Assembly: GCA_963707045.1 (NCBI GenBank)
Contig: CAVPOV010000005.1
Location: 140,313 to 204,312 of the forward strand
Direction of reading: 5' to 3'
Source: an uncultured delta proteobacterium
Lineage (GTDB): Bacteria; Desulfobacterota; Deferrisomatia; Deferrisomatales; JACRMM01
Length of the DNA stretch: 64,000 nt
Below are positions 27,917-37,174 of this stretch, in pieces (positions within the stretch are counted from its first letter, which is position 1; every line of letters begins with the position of its first letter). The notes under the pieces were generated by a model. That model did not search any database. It was not told the DNA's origin and was given only the letters and a program-made list of their open reading frames with translations. Both the position numbers and the translations under genes were made by a program.

Positions 27917-28147
27917 AGGGACGTCGCTCCGGTTGCCGGTTTAGGCCGAGACCGGAAGTCTTACTGATGGAGAACGTGAAGTTGCGTAAGCGCCGTCGCG
28001 TCAAGAGTAATGGATGACGGTGTTTTGGACTACATGGTAAATAATGCTGCGAGAAAGTAAACGCCAAAGTGGTGGCGGTCTCGGAGACAGGCGCTTGGTG
28101 CGATGACTACAAGTGATGGCAATGGTCCAAGCACGCCGGAGGGTAAA

Positions 28148-31100
28148 ATGGAAAAGCACGGCGGACTGAGTTTCCTGGTAAGCACTTTCGTTTCCTGCCT
28201 GCTGTCCCTCGCCCTCGGCACCGGAAACGCGTCGGGGCAGTCGGTGAAGGCCACCGAAGAGTGGGTGGCGATCTACGACGGGACTGCCAGTCAACGGGAC
28301 GACGGGGTCGGGGCGGTGGTCGACGCCGGAGGCAACGTCTATGTGACCGGGAACAGCGGCGCCGATTTCGCCACGGTCAAGTACGACAAGACCGGCGCAG
28401 AGCTCTGGAGGGCACGATACTCGGCCACGTCCACGTCCTCGGACCAGCCGGTGGCTCTCGCCGTAGACGACGCTGGCAACGTCTACGTGGCGGGGCAGTC
28501 AAACGCAGGCAGTTGGGATTACCTGCTGATCAAATACGACGCCTCCGGGGCCGAGCAGTGGGTGCAAACCTACGACGGCGCCGGCGGCAACGACACCCTC
28601 TACGACATGGCCGTGGTGGACGTGAGCGGGCAGACCTACATCTACGTGACGGGCAGCAGCGAGGCGAACCGCAGTTCTTCTGCCAGTGCGGACTACGCGA
28701 CCGTCAAGTACGACGCAGCCGGCACCGAGCTCTGGGTGGCCAGATACGATGCCGGATCTACGGATGCTGCCCAATCTCTGGTAGTGGACGGTTCCGGCAA
28801 CGCCTACGTGACCGGGTACACCTACCAGGTGGCTCCGGAGTCTCGCAGGTACTACACCACGGTGAAGTACGACGCGGCCGGCACCGAGCAGTGGGTAGCG
28901 TCCTACGGCGGCGTTGCCGGCTCGAACAACTACGCCTACGACATCGGGCTCGACTCGTCGGGGAACGTGGTGGTCACGGGGAGCACCGCGACGGTGCAGT
29001 ACAACGCCACTACCGGGGCGCAGCAGTGGGCCACGCCGGGTCCGATCGCCTACACGCTGGCAACGGACGGCGCCGGCAACACCTTCGTCACCGGCACGGC
29101 TACCCGGAAACTCGACGCGACCGGTGCCGTGGCGTGGAGTCTACCCGACCCCGGTCGGGCCATCGCCGTCGACGCAGGCGGCGCCGTCTACGTGGCGTGG
29201 GAACCCGACGGGGACACTTCGGTGAATATCGAGAACCGCGATCTCCAGACCACGAAGTACGACACCGACGGGACCGTGCTGTGGTCCAGCCTCTACGACA
29301 GCGGGGAGAACCACCGGGAGTCCGTGAACTCGGTTGCGCTCTACGTGGACAGCGGCGACGGCGTCACCTACCTGGTGGTGTCCGGAGACAGCGAAGGGGA
29401 GTTCACCCTGTCGGACTACGCCACGGTCAAGTACGAGGTCATGGCCGGTGCGGAGCAGTGGGCGTCCCGGTTCGACGGCGTGGCGAGCAGTTCTTCGGAG
29501 GCGAACGATCTGGTCGTGGACGCCAGCGGCAACGCCTACGTCACCGGTTTCACCTATATCAGTGACTCGTTCACCGCCTACGCCACCGCCAAATACGGCC
29601 CGGACGGTGCGGAGCTGTGGGCCAAGGTCCATGACTTCCCGCCGTCGTCACCAGGAACCAAGAAGGCCAAGGGCATCGTCCTCGACGCAGCGGGGAGCGC
29701 GTACGTCACGGGGACCTACTACAACGCTCAACTGTACGGCGTTTGCGGAACGGTGAAGTACGACACGGACGGGGTCCTGCAGTGGGCGGTGACCTACGAT
29801 AGCGGCCTCAATGACGATTGCTTCGACATCGGGTCGTTCCTCGACAGTTCGGACGGGCAAACATACATCTACGTGGCGGCCGCCAGCGCCAAGTCGGGGG
29901 GGCGGAACGACTATGCACTCATCAAGTACGACTCGGCTGGGGTGGAGCAGTGGGTTCGGACCTACAGTTTCGTAGGGGCCGACAATTACGCAAACACCCC
30001 CACCTCACTGACCGTGGATGACGCCGGCAACGCCTATCTCGCCGGATCGAGCGAGACCGTAGCGGGATATCTCGCAGCCAACCTGATCGTCTTCGACAAG
30101 ACCGGCGAGCAGGTGTGGGAAAGCGGCGGTTACACCATTACGACATCGGACAGCCAATTCGAGGCGCTAGCCGTTGACGCGCTCGGCAACGCCTACGCCA
30201 CGGGGTACGCGGCATACCGGTACTGGATCGGCAGTCAGCAGTTCACTCGCTGGGATCTCGTGACCCTGAAGTACGATTCTGTCGGGAATGAGGTCTGGGC
30301 AGCACGGTACGGGGCTGTCGAGCTCTCGGAGGTTGGCTCTGCCATCGCGGTGGACGCAGACGGCAACGTCTATGCCGGCGGCATGGGCCTCTCCGGCGTG
30401 AACAACTGGGACTCCGACTACCTGCTGGTCAAGTACGACGCCGACGGGGTGGAGCAGTGGGTCCGGACCTTCGACGGTGGCGACCAGAACAGTGACCATA
30501 TCACTGCTGTGGCCGTGGACGGCACGGGAACGGTCTACGTCACCGGCACGAGCTACTCCTCGAGTTCCACCATCACCTACACCACCATCGCTTACGACAG
30601 CGCTGGAAACCAGCTCTGGTTCGAGCGACACCACGGCGGGGGTGTGTACGGGCAGCACGAACCCCGGGCCTTGGCGGTGTCGGACGACGGCAATGTGTAC
30701 GTGAGTGGGGTGAGCACCGGGACCACCACCCAGACCGACTTCGGCACGGTGAAGTACTCCCAGGCGCCGGTGACGTCCGACACGGTGATTCCGCTGGTCA
30801 CGGCGGTCTCTCCGGCGGACGGCGCGCCCCGTGTGACTCGGTACCCCACGCCGGTAACCGCCACCTTCAGCGAGGCCATGGATCCGGCCAAGCTTCTGGA
30901 CCCGGCCATCTTCACCGTCCACGACAACGTCACCGGCGCCAACCTTTCCGCGGTCGCGAGCTACGACGAGGCCACCCAGACCGTGCAACTCACCGGCATC
31001 AACGTCCCCGGGTTGAACTTCCAGTACGAGACCACCTACACGGCGACCCTGCGGGCCGGGGCCACGGACCTGGCGGGGAACCCGATCGCACCGATGAGTT

Positions 31101-33859
31101 GGAGCTTCACCATCGAGCCGCCCCCGGACACCACCCCGCCGACGGTGGCGTCGGTGTCACCCGGCGGCGGGGCAACCGGCGTCATCACGGCCCCTTTGAT
31201 CTCCGCTACTTTCGGCGAGCCGATGTCGCCCGGTTTTTGGGGCGCCTTCCTGCTGGCGAACGACGGGACGGCTCAGGAGGTGACCCCCGAGAACGTGAGC
31301 TACGACGAGTCGACCTGGACCGCGGTGTTTCACCTCTCCGCGCCGTTGGAGTTGAACACCTCCTACACGGCCACCCTGGTGGGCAACTTCATCGTGGATC
31401 TTGCAGGCAACCGGCTGGGCGCGGATCAGAGCTGGTCGTTCACCACCGGCTCGCTGGGCGACACCACCCCGCCTGGGCCGCCCGCGGTGTTTCCCGCTCC
31501 CGGCGCGACCAACGTGGCGGCAAGTATCACCGAGCTCACCGCGACCTTCGACGAGGACATGGCGGCGGACGTCTTCCATGTTCCGCCCGATACCGAGTTC
31601 ACTCTCGTCGAGTCCGCCACCGGTACCCCGGTGACCGGCTGGCCCTGGTACAGCGGGGGCAGCGCTGCGTTCCTGCTGGCAGGGCCCCTCACCCCGGGCA
31701 CCGGGTACACCGCCACCATCCTCGGCACGGTCACCGACATCTCGGGCAACGCCCTGGGCGACGACTTCGTCTGGTCCTTCACCACCGCCGGCACCATTAC
31801 GCCTGGGGAGGACTCGACGGCGCCCCTGCTCGTCTCGGTCACCCCGGACGGAACCAGCCTGGTGCCGCCGGCGGTGGGACTGCTCACGGTGACTTTCAAC
31901 GAGGCGATGGACCCCGCGACCCTCCCGGCCCTGTTCACGGTGCGGGTGGCGGGGGGCGCCGCCGTCACGGGTACCGTGACGTACGACGCGGGCGCCCGGA
32001 CCGCCCGGTTCGTGCCGGACGTGGACCTGGCGTACGACACCGCCTACCAGGCCATCATGGGGGGTGGGGTCACGGACCTCGCCGGCAACCCCCTGGGTGC
32101 CGACCACACCTGGAGCTTCACCACGACCCCCGACCCCGGCGCGCTCGCCTGCGACGTGGACGCCGGGATCCTGGAGGGGTGCCTGAACTTCGACGACTTC
32201 ACCTACGGCACCGGGGTGACGGTGAACACCCTGGCGATCGGCACCACGGGGCCGACCACCGAGGGCGCGCTGCGCAAGCACGTCGTCCTGGGCCGGGCCT
32301 TCTCCCAAGACGCGTTTGCCACAACGAACATCCAGAGCGAGGCAAGCGCGTACGCGGACGCCACTCAGTTCCGCCTCGAGGCCCGTTCACGGGACATCGA
32401 GGTGACCGCGGAGAAGGATGGCGCGACCGCGTTCGCTGCAAGCAAGATTGACGTGACGGGCGTGCCGCCGGGAACCCTCATCCCGATGGCCGTGACCCTC
32501 ACCAGAAGTGCATTGGGGGACGGCTACGGCGTGGAGTTGCAGATCCACGATTTCGACCACCGTTCCCTGGGCACCATCGTTGTGCGTAGGGGATACCAAC
32601 AGCTCACCCACATGAAGAACCTCTACGGGGATCCGAACGACCCCGCCAACTGGGAGAGCCTCACCGGGTCCGACAGCGGCACCATGACCTTCGCGCTGCG
32701 CTACCCGGCGATCCCCAACAATGGTGTGGTCCTTTATTTCGCCTCAGGCGCGAAAAAGACCGACCCCGCGACGGGCCCGGTGGAGTCCGACGCCACCGCT
32801 ACGGTGACGTTCAACCCTCCGCCGGGGGTCACGGTCACCCTGGCCTCGGGCCTTACGTTCATCGGAGAGGAGGACACCGACGGCGACGGCGTGGCCGACA
32901 GCGAGGACGCCGAGCCCTTCGATGCGTCCCTCGCCACGGTGGCGGCCGCGACCAACACGGGACTCGTCGAGGTCGCCCTGCATCCCGCCCTGGGAGGGGG
33001 CGTGACACTGAGCCAAGTCCAGAACTTGGACGACTCGAACGTCCTCGTGAACCAGACCAACAAGCCCACCGACCACTTCTTTCCTGATGGGCTGACCTCC
33101 TTCAAAGTGACGGGCCTGGCGCCCGGAGCCACCGCCACAGTCACGCTCACCTTCCCCACACCGATTCCAGTGGGATCGAGCTACTTCAAAGTGGGGCCGG
33201 ACGGCTTCTATCTCTTTCCACCTCCCGATGGTCCCAATGGACCCGGTGCCACGATCGACTACGGTACCAATACGGTGACTCTGACCTTGGTCGACGGGGG
33301 AGCCGGCGACCATGACCTCGTCGCCAACGGGGTGATTGCCGACCCGGGCGGGTTTGGCGTGCCACAGCCCTGCGTGGAGGAGGTCTGGTACGACGGGATC
33401 AATCAGAGCTGCAAGGTCGGCAGCGACTACGACCAGGATCTGGACGGGTACGAACTGGGGGTGGATTGCGACGATGAGAATGCTGCCATCAACCCCACTG
33501 CCGTCGACGTTTGCGGCGACGAGATTGACCAGGATTGTTGGGCAGGCGACCGGGCGTGCCCCTCCGCTTCCGAAGCGCACACCTGTGACTATAGGCCCGC
33601 GGACTGGGTGGTGAGTCTCTCGGAACTTCTCCGCTCCATCCAACTGTTCAACGTGGGCGAGTTCCACTGCGACGTAGGCGGCGAAGATGCTTATGCCCCG
33701 GGCGCGGGGGATCAGACCTGCGGGGCCCATGCCTTGGACTACAATCCCCAGGACTGGAAGATCGGCCTCTCCGAACTGCTCAGGGCCATCCAGTTCTACA
33801 ACTCCGGGGGCTACCACCCCGACGCGGTGGGAGAGGATGGTTTCGCTCCGGGGCTGTGA
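28148..33859 (+). CDS. 1,903-aa secreted multi-domain protein: ~15 SBBP beta-propeller repeats, 4 SbsA/Big_5-type Ig-like domains, a TSP3-like Asp-rich loop, a MopE-type Cys/Asp motif and two C-terminal dockerin-like repeats
   Basis: Unbroken ORF. GGAGGG SD before the ATG at 28148, with signal peptide 'LSFLVSTFVSCLLSLALGTGNASG'. Recurrent 'GNVYVTG...DFATVKYD..G.E.W' (28.26-30.77 kb). Four 'DTTPP.V.SVSP..GATGV...ATF.E.M...T' modules (30.78-32.14 kb). 'DTDGDGVADSEDAEPFD' and 'DCDDENAAINPTAVDVCGDEIDQDC'. Confidence 0.85.
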   Translation: MEKHGGLSFLVSTFVSCLLSLALGTGNASGQSVKATEEWVAIYDGTASQRDDGVGAVVDAGGNVYVTGNSGADFATVKYDKTGAELWRARYSATSTSSDQPVALAVDDAGNVYVAGQSNAGSWDYLLIKYDASGAEQWVQTYDGAGGNDTLYDMAVVDVSGQTYIYVTGSSEANRSSSASADYATVKYDAAGTELWVARYDAGSTDAAQSLVVDGSGNAYVTGYTYQVAPESRRYYTTVKYDAAGTEQWVASYGGVAGSNNYAYDIGLDSSGNVVVTGSTATVQYNATTGAQQWATPGPIAYTLATDGAGNTFVTGTATRKLDATGAVAWSLPDPGRAIAVDAGGAVYVAWEPDGDTSVNIENRDLQTTKYDTDGTVLWSSLYDSGENHRESVNSVALYVDSGDGVTYLVVSGDSEGEFTLSDYATVKYEVMAGAEQWASRFDGVASSSSEANDLVVDASGNAYVTGFTYISDSFTAYATAKYGPDGAELWAKVHDFPPSSPGTKKAKGIVLDAAGSAYVTGTYYNAQLYGVCGTVKYDTDGVLQWAVTYDSGLNDDCFDIGSFLDSSDGQTYIYVAAASAKSGGRNDYALIKYDSAGVEQWVRTYSFVGADNYANTPTSLTVDDAGNAYLAGSSETVAGYLAANLIVFDKTGEQVWESGGYTITTSDSQFEALAVDALGNAYATGYAAYRYWIGSQQFTRWDLVTLKYDSVGNEVWAARYGAVELSEVGSAIAVDADGNVYAGGMGLSGVNNWDSDYLLVKYDADGVEQWVRTFDGGDQNSDHITAVAVDGTGTVYVTGTSYSSSSTITYTTIAYDSAGNQLWFERHHGGGVYGQHEPRALAVSDDGNVYVSGVSTGTTTQTDFGTVKYSQAPVTSDTVIPLVTAVSPADGAPRVTRYPTPVTATFSEAMDPAKLLDPAIFTVHDNVTGANLSAVASYDEATQTVQLTGINVPGLNFQYETTYTATLRAGATDLAGNPIAPMSWSFTIEPPPDTTPPTVASVSPGGGATGVITAPLISATFGEPMSPGFWGAFLLANDGTAQEVTPENVSYDESTWTAVFHLSAPLELNTSYTATLVGNFIVDLAGNRLGADQSWSFTTGSLGDTTPPGPPAVFPAPGATNVAASITELTATFDEDMAADVFHVPPDTEFTLVESATGTPVTGWPWYSGGSAAFLLAGPLTPGTGYTATILGTVTDISGNALGDDFVWSFTTAGTITPGEDSTAPLLVSVTPDGTSLVPPAVGLLTVTFNEAMDPATLPALFTVRVAGGAAVTGTVTYDAGARTARFVPDVDLAYDTAYQAIMGGGVTDLAGNPLGADHTWSFTTTPDPGALACDVDAGILEGCLNFDDFTYGTGVTVNTLAIGTTGPTTEGALRKHVVLGRAFSQDAFATTNIQSEASAYADATQFRLEARSRDIEVTAEKDGATAFAASKIDVTGVPPGTLIPMAVTLTRSALGDGYGVELQIHDFDHRSLGTIVVRRGYQQLTHMKNLYGDPNDPANWESLTGSDSGTMTFALRYPAIPNNGVVLYFASGAKKTDPATGPVESDATATVTFNPPPGVTVTLASGLTFIGEEDTDGDGVADSEDAEPFDASLATVAAATNTGLVEVALHPALGGGVTLSQVQNLDDSNVLVNQTNKPTDHFFPDGLTSFKVTGLAPGATATVTLTFPTPIPVGSSYFKVGPDGFYLFPPPDGPNGPGATIDYGTNTVTLTLVDGGAGDHDLVANGVIADPGGFGVPQPCVEEVWYDGINQSCKVGSDYDQDLDGYELGVDCDDENAAINPTAVDVCGDEIDQDCWAGDRACPSASEAHTCDYRPADWVVSLSELLRSIQLFNVGEFHCDVGGEDAYAPGAGDQTCGAHALDYNPQDWKIGLSELLRAIQFYNSGGYHPDAVGEDGFAPGL

Positions 33860-33889
33860 GACGCGGTAGAGAAACCCTTACTAAGGAGG

Positions 33890-33910
33890 GCGGCGCCGAA
33901 GGGGCGCCGC
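33890..33910. terminator. 8-bp GC hairpin (GCGGCGCC gaagg GGCGCCGC) followed by GCTTCTT, between convergent genes
   Basis: Read directly. Lies 31 nt after the giant ORF stop. Confidence 0.5.
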
Positions 33911-34010
33911 GCTTCTTGCGAGGGGAGTGCGCGGGGGACGTGCTTCACGGAAGAATGGCACAGTCTCGGGAGGGATGGGAGGCGGCGGGGCGCTCCGTGG
34001 CAGCGCGCGG

Positions 34011-34943
34011 TCAGGGGCTGGACAGCACGACCCGGAAGCCGATGTAGGCGCTGCTCACGTCGGGTCGATAGGCGAGCCGGAACGTGGCCCGGCAGTCGAT
34101 GGCGGAGTTGTCCCAGCTTCCGCCCCGGAGCACCCGCTTGAGGCCGAGCGGAGGGCCCTGGGGGTCGTTGGTCTCGCTCCGGCGGTAGTATTCGGCGTCG
34201 TACCAGTCGTGGCACCACTCCCAGACGTTTCCGGACAGGTCGTAGAGGCCCAGGGCATTCGGCCGGCGTGAGCCGACGGCGTGGGACCGGCCTCCGCTGT
34301 TCGCACCGTACCAGGCGTAGGAAGCCAGCTCCCAGATCTCCGACGTGCCGGACCAGACGCACTCGCGCCCTCCCTCCCGGGCCGCGTACTCCCACTCGGC
34401 TTCGGTGGGAAGGCGGTAGGCCAGCCCGGAGACCGCCGCCAGTTCCTGCGCGAAGGCCTCGGCCTCGTACCAGGACGCCCCCGTGACCGGGCGTTCCCGG
34501 TCCTCGGGGGGCGCCGAATCCTCGCCCATGACCAGCGCCCACTGATGCCGGGTGACCTCGTGTCGGGCCATCCAGAAGTCCGACAGCGACACGAGGTGGA
34601 CCGGCTGCTCCCGGCGGGCGAAGGCGAACTCGTCGCACCCCATGTGGAACGCCCCGCCGGGGACGTGCACCAGCACCATACCGGTGATTTCGTCGACGTA
34701 CTCCTCGCGCGCCTCCCAGCCGTCGCGCCCGGGTTCCCCGGGGGAAAGCGCGGAGCCGGGCGGGTCGGCGGGCGGGGTGGTCTTGTAGGCCAGGTCTCGG
34801 GAAGGGGCTGGTGCGGGCAGCGGCCGCATCGCGACGGGGACTGCCCCGCGGTTCTCGCCCACGGCGGGAGCGGACTCGGCGTGGTCCGAGCACGCCCCCG
34901 CAGAGCCGAGCAACAGGAGGAGCAATAGCCCTCGGACCATCAT
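34011..34943 (-). CDS. formylglycine-generating enzyme (FGE-sulfatase/SUMF1) family lipoprotein
   Basis: Lipobox 'LLLLLGSAGAC'. 'GGAFHMGCD', 'HEVTRHQWALVMG', 'PVTGASWYEAEAFAQ', 'RLPTEAEWEYAAR', 'GNVWEWCHDWY' and 'RVLRGGSWDN' are classic FGE-sulfatase motifs. Confidence 0.88.
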   Translation of the reverse strand: MMVRGLLLLLLLGSAGACSDHAESAPAVGENRGAVPVAMRPLPAPAPSRDLAYKTTPPADPPGSALSPGEPGRDGWEAREEYVDEITGMVLVHVPGGAFHMGCDEFAFARREQPVHLVSLSDFWMARHEVTRHQWALVMGEDSAPPEDRERPVTGASWYEAEAFAQELAAVSGLAYRLPTEAEWEYAAREGGRECVWSGTSEIWELASYAWYGANSGGRSHAVGSRRPNALGLYDLSGNVWEWCHDWYDAEYYRRSETNDPQGPPLGLKRVLRGGSWDNSAIDCRATFRLAYRPDVSSAYIGFRVVLSSP

Positions 34944-35010
34944 GGGCAGGCCTCCGTCGCGGGAGGCACTCGGAGTGCCCCCGCTTCCAGAGGGTTCGGT
35001 CCGCGCGCCG

Positions 35011-35529
35011 CTAGCGCGTCGCCAGCATGTCGTCGACGCGGTCCCGGAGCCTTCGGGCCCTCTCCTCGTCCCCCCCGGCAACGGCCCCAGCCCCGCGGGC
35101 GGCCGCCTCGAGGCGCAGGGCCTCATCCACCGTGCGCTGCGCCTCGGCCACCATGTGCAGCGCCTCGGCGCAGGAGACGCCCTGCTCCACGGCTTCGGTC
35201 ATGCACGCGAAGGTCTCGGTCAGGCACGCGCCGCGGCACCCGTTGGCCAAGGCGTCCCGGTAGACGGCCTGGGCCTCCTCGGGCGCGCCCCCGGTGAGGA
35301 AGTAGTCGATCAGGGCCGCTTTGAGGGTGTGGAGTTCCTCCGGGGTGAGTTCGCCTCCCCACGGAGACCACTGCGCGAGCGTCTCCGTGGCCAGGCGTTC
35401 CGCCGCGGGGTCGTGGCCCGGATCCTTGCCGGCGTCCGCCCTGCCCATGGCGGGAAGGGCCGCGAAGAACGCGAGGGTGCAGAACAGGGTGAGGGTGGTG
35501 GGGAGTGGGAAGTGTCGATGACCGTTCAT
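35011..35529 (-). CDS. secreted hypothetical protein with 6 Cys in the mature region (~172 aa)
   Basis: GGAGG SD 6 nt before the second ATG. Signal peptide 'TLTLFCTLAFFAALPAMGRA', then a helical Cys-containing body ('NGCRGACLTETFACMTEAVEQGVSCAEAL'). No family recognised. Confidence 0.55.
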   Translation of the reverse strand: MNGHRHFPLPTTLTLFCTLAFFAALPAMGRADAGKDPGHDPAAERLATETLAQWSPWGGELTPEELHTLKAALIDYFLTGGAPEEAQAVYRDALANGCRGACLTETFACMTEAVEQGVSCAEALHMVAEAQRTVDEALRLEAAARGAGAVAGGDEERARRLRDRVDDMLATR

Positions 35530-35914
35530 GGCCATCCTCCTTCCCCGGTCACCGACCGCTCCCCTGCCGCTTGCAGCAGCCCCCCCGAGGAAGTCGCCCG
35601 GGCACGGCGTGGGGAGCCGATGCCGGGGGGTTGGGGTGCGTGCCCGCGACGACCTTGGTGAACCCGGGCTGGGGCCCGGACCGCCGAGCCGGGCGCGTGA
35701 CCGCCCTCCTGATCTTCAACCTAGTCCGTCGGGACGGCATTTTCCATGGCTGACCAGGGAAAACGACGAACCGGTCGGGTACGGCAGCCTCTTACCCAAC
35801 TCCGCCTGGCGGGGTATTCTCATGGGTGTACCGGCGGGTGCCAGGCCAGGTCGCCCGGGCGGAACCCCGAGGGGCCCGGAGGCATCCAAGAAGTTGGGAA
35901 AGGGGGTGAGGGAG

Positions 35915-36775
35915 ATGGCAGGCAACGTGAAGCGGGCAGGGATGTCGGTTGCCGTCGTGTCCGCCTTCCTGCTCCTGGCGCCGAGCCCCGGGGAAGGGGG
36001 AGCGAGGGCCGGGGCCGCGATGGGCTTCGGGGCCGGTGGATCGAGGGGGGCGGCTGCGTATCGCGCCGGAGGCGCGGCCCGGGGATCCGCGGGTGTGACG
36101 AGGGGAGGGGCCGCGGTGGACTTCGGGTCGACCCGCGGACGCGTGGAGTTCGGCGGCAAGGGGGGGATGAAGGCCCCCGGGAAGGCGTGGCGGGGGCGAT
36201 CCCCGGAGCACCGCGACTTCCGAGGCTACGGGTACACCGAGGGCCGGGGCTTCTTCTTCGGTGTCGGAGGCGGCTTCCGGCCGGGTTTCCGCCCGTACCG
36301 GAGGGATCCGCTCCGGTTTCGCCCGTACCGGGCCTACCCCTACTACCGGGCTTATCCCTACTACCGGTCCTATCCGTACTACCCGACGTACCCGGTGAGC
36401 CCCGGGTTCCGGGTGGAGCAGTACGGGAACAATCCCTATCCCGGCACCGTGTACGGGGACGAGGGGCCGGGCTCCTCCGTGTACCGGCCCGACCGGGAGC
36501 CCGCCGGGACTCTCGGCGTGGAGGGGGCGCCGAGCCCGCGCGGTCGCGCCCACCCGCGGGTGGCCCGCGTGCTCGACGAGAACGCAGTGGGGGAGCCCTC
36601 GACGTGGGTCGACCCGGGAACGGGAAGCGAGAACACCGTGACGCCGACCCGGGACTTCGGCGGCGACGGGCGCTGCCGGGAGTTCACCCACACGGTGACC
36701 GCGGCCGGCGGCCGGGTGGAGTCTTGGGGCCTCGCCTGCCTCACCCCGGCAGGGACGTGGGAGGTGGACCTCTGA
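35915..36775 (+). CDS. secreted Gly/Arg- and Tyr/Pro-rich protein with a C-terminal surface-antigen-like Cys pair domain
   Basis: ATG after GGGTGAGGGAG with a signal peptide. 'YRAYPYYRAYPYYRSYPYYPTYP' repeat. The C-terminus 'GRCREFTHTVTAAGGRVESWGLACLTPAGTWEV' resembles the RT0821/17-kDa-antigen-type motif (C.EF......G......G.AC...G.W); this assignment is inferred. Confidence 0.55.
   Translation: MAGNVKRAGMSVAVVSAFLLLAPSPGEGGARAGAAMGFGAGGSRGAAAYRAGGAARGSAGVTRGGAAVDFGSTRGRVEFGGKGGMKAPGKAWRGRSPEHRDFRGYGYTEGRGFFFGVGGGFRPGFRPYRRDPLRFRPYRAYPYYRAYPYYRSYPYYPTYPVSPGFRVEQYGNNPYPGTVYGDEGPGSSVYRPDREPAGTLGVEGAPSPRGRAHPRVARVLDENAVGEPSTWVDPGTGSENTVTPTRDFGGDGRCREFTHTVTAAGGRVESWGLACLTPAGTWEVDL
36320..36394 (+). 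repeat. in-frame 18-nt tandem repeat (about 3-4 units) encoding (Y-R-A/S-Y-P-Y)n
   Basis: Read directly: cgc ccg TAC CGG GCC TAC CCC TAC / TAC CGG GCT TAT CCC TAC / TAC CGG TCC TAT CCG TAC ... Confidence 0.8.
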
Positions 36776-36838
36776 GCCGAGTCCCGCGCGGGGGAACGAC
36801 CCCGGCGCGGGTCGCCCCCTCCGGCGCTCCGCTGCCGC

Positions 36839-37174
36839 TCACCCCGCCAGCCATTGGAGAGCCCACAGCGCCAGCATGCCCCCCGCGATGGTCGCGAAAA
36901 CGTTCCGGGACTTGAGGGCGATGGCCGCGGCCAGGCTCGCAGCCAACAGGCGCTCGTTGCCGAGGTGGAGCCCTGGGTCGGCCCCGCGCCAGAGGACGGC
37001 CGGAACGACCAGGGCCGCCAGGGCGGCCGGAGGCACGAAGCGCAGGAGGCGCACGGCCCAGGGAGGGACGCCGGTCCTGCCCAGCAGGCCCACGAAGCTC
37101 AGGCGGATGAGGTACGTCCCCACGCCGACCGCCGCCATGGTGAGCCACAGGAGCCCGCCGTCGGCGGGCGTCAT
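36839..37174 (-). CDS. azlD: branched-chain amino acid transport protein AzlD
   Basis: 111-aa hydrophobic protein 'LTMAAVGVGTYLIRLSFVGL', overlapping the azlC stop (ATGA on the minus strand). Confidence 0.8.
   Translation of the reverse strand: MTPADGGLLWLTMAAVGVGTYLIRLSFVGLLGRTGVPPWAVRLLRFVPPAALAALVVPAVLWRGADPGLHLGNERLLAASLAAAIALKSRNVFATIAGGMLALWALQWLAG

Noticed and set aside
35528-35914. 129-aa N-terminal extension of the 35528-36775 ORF, and the upstream Met at 28103 for the giant ORF.
   Set aside because: The extensions are Pro/Arg/Gly-rich with no SD. The internal ATGs (35915, 28148) have good SDs and are followed immediately by signal peptides.
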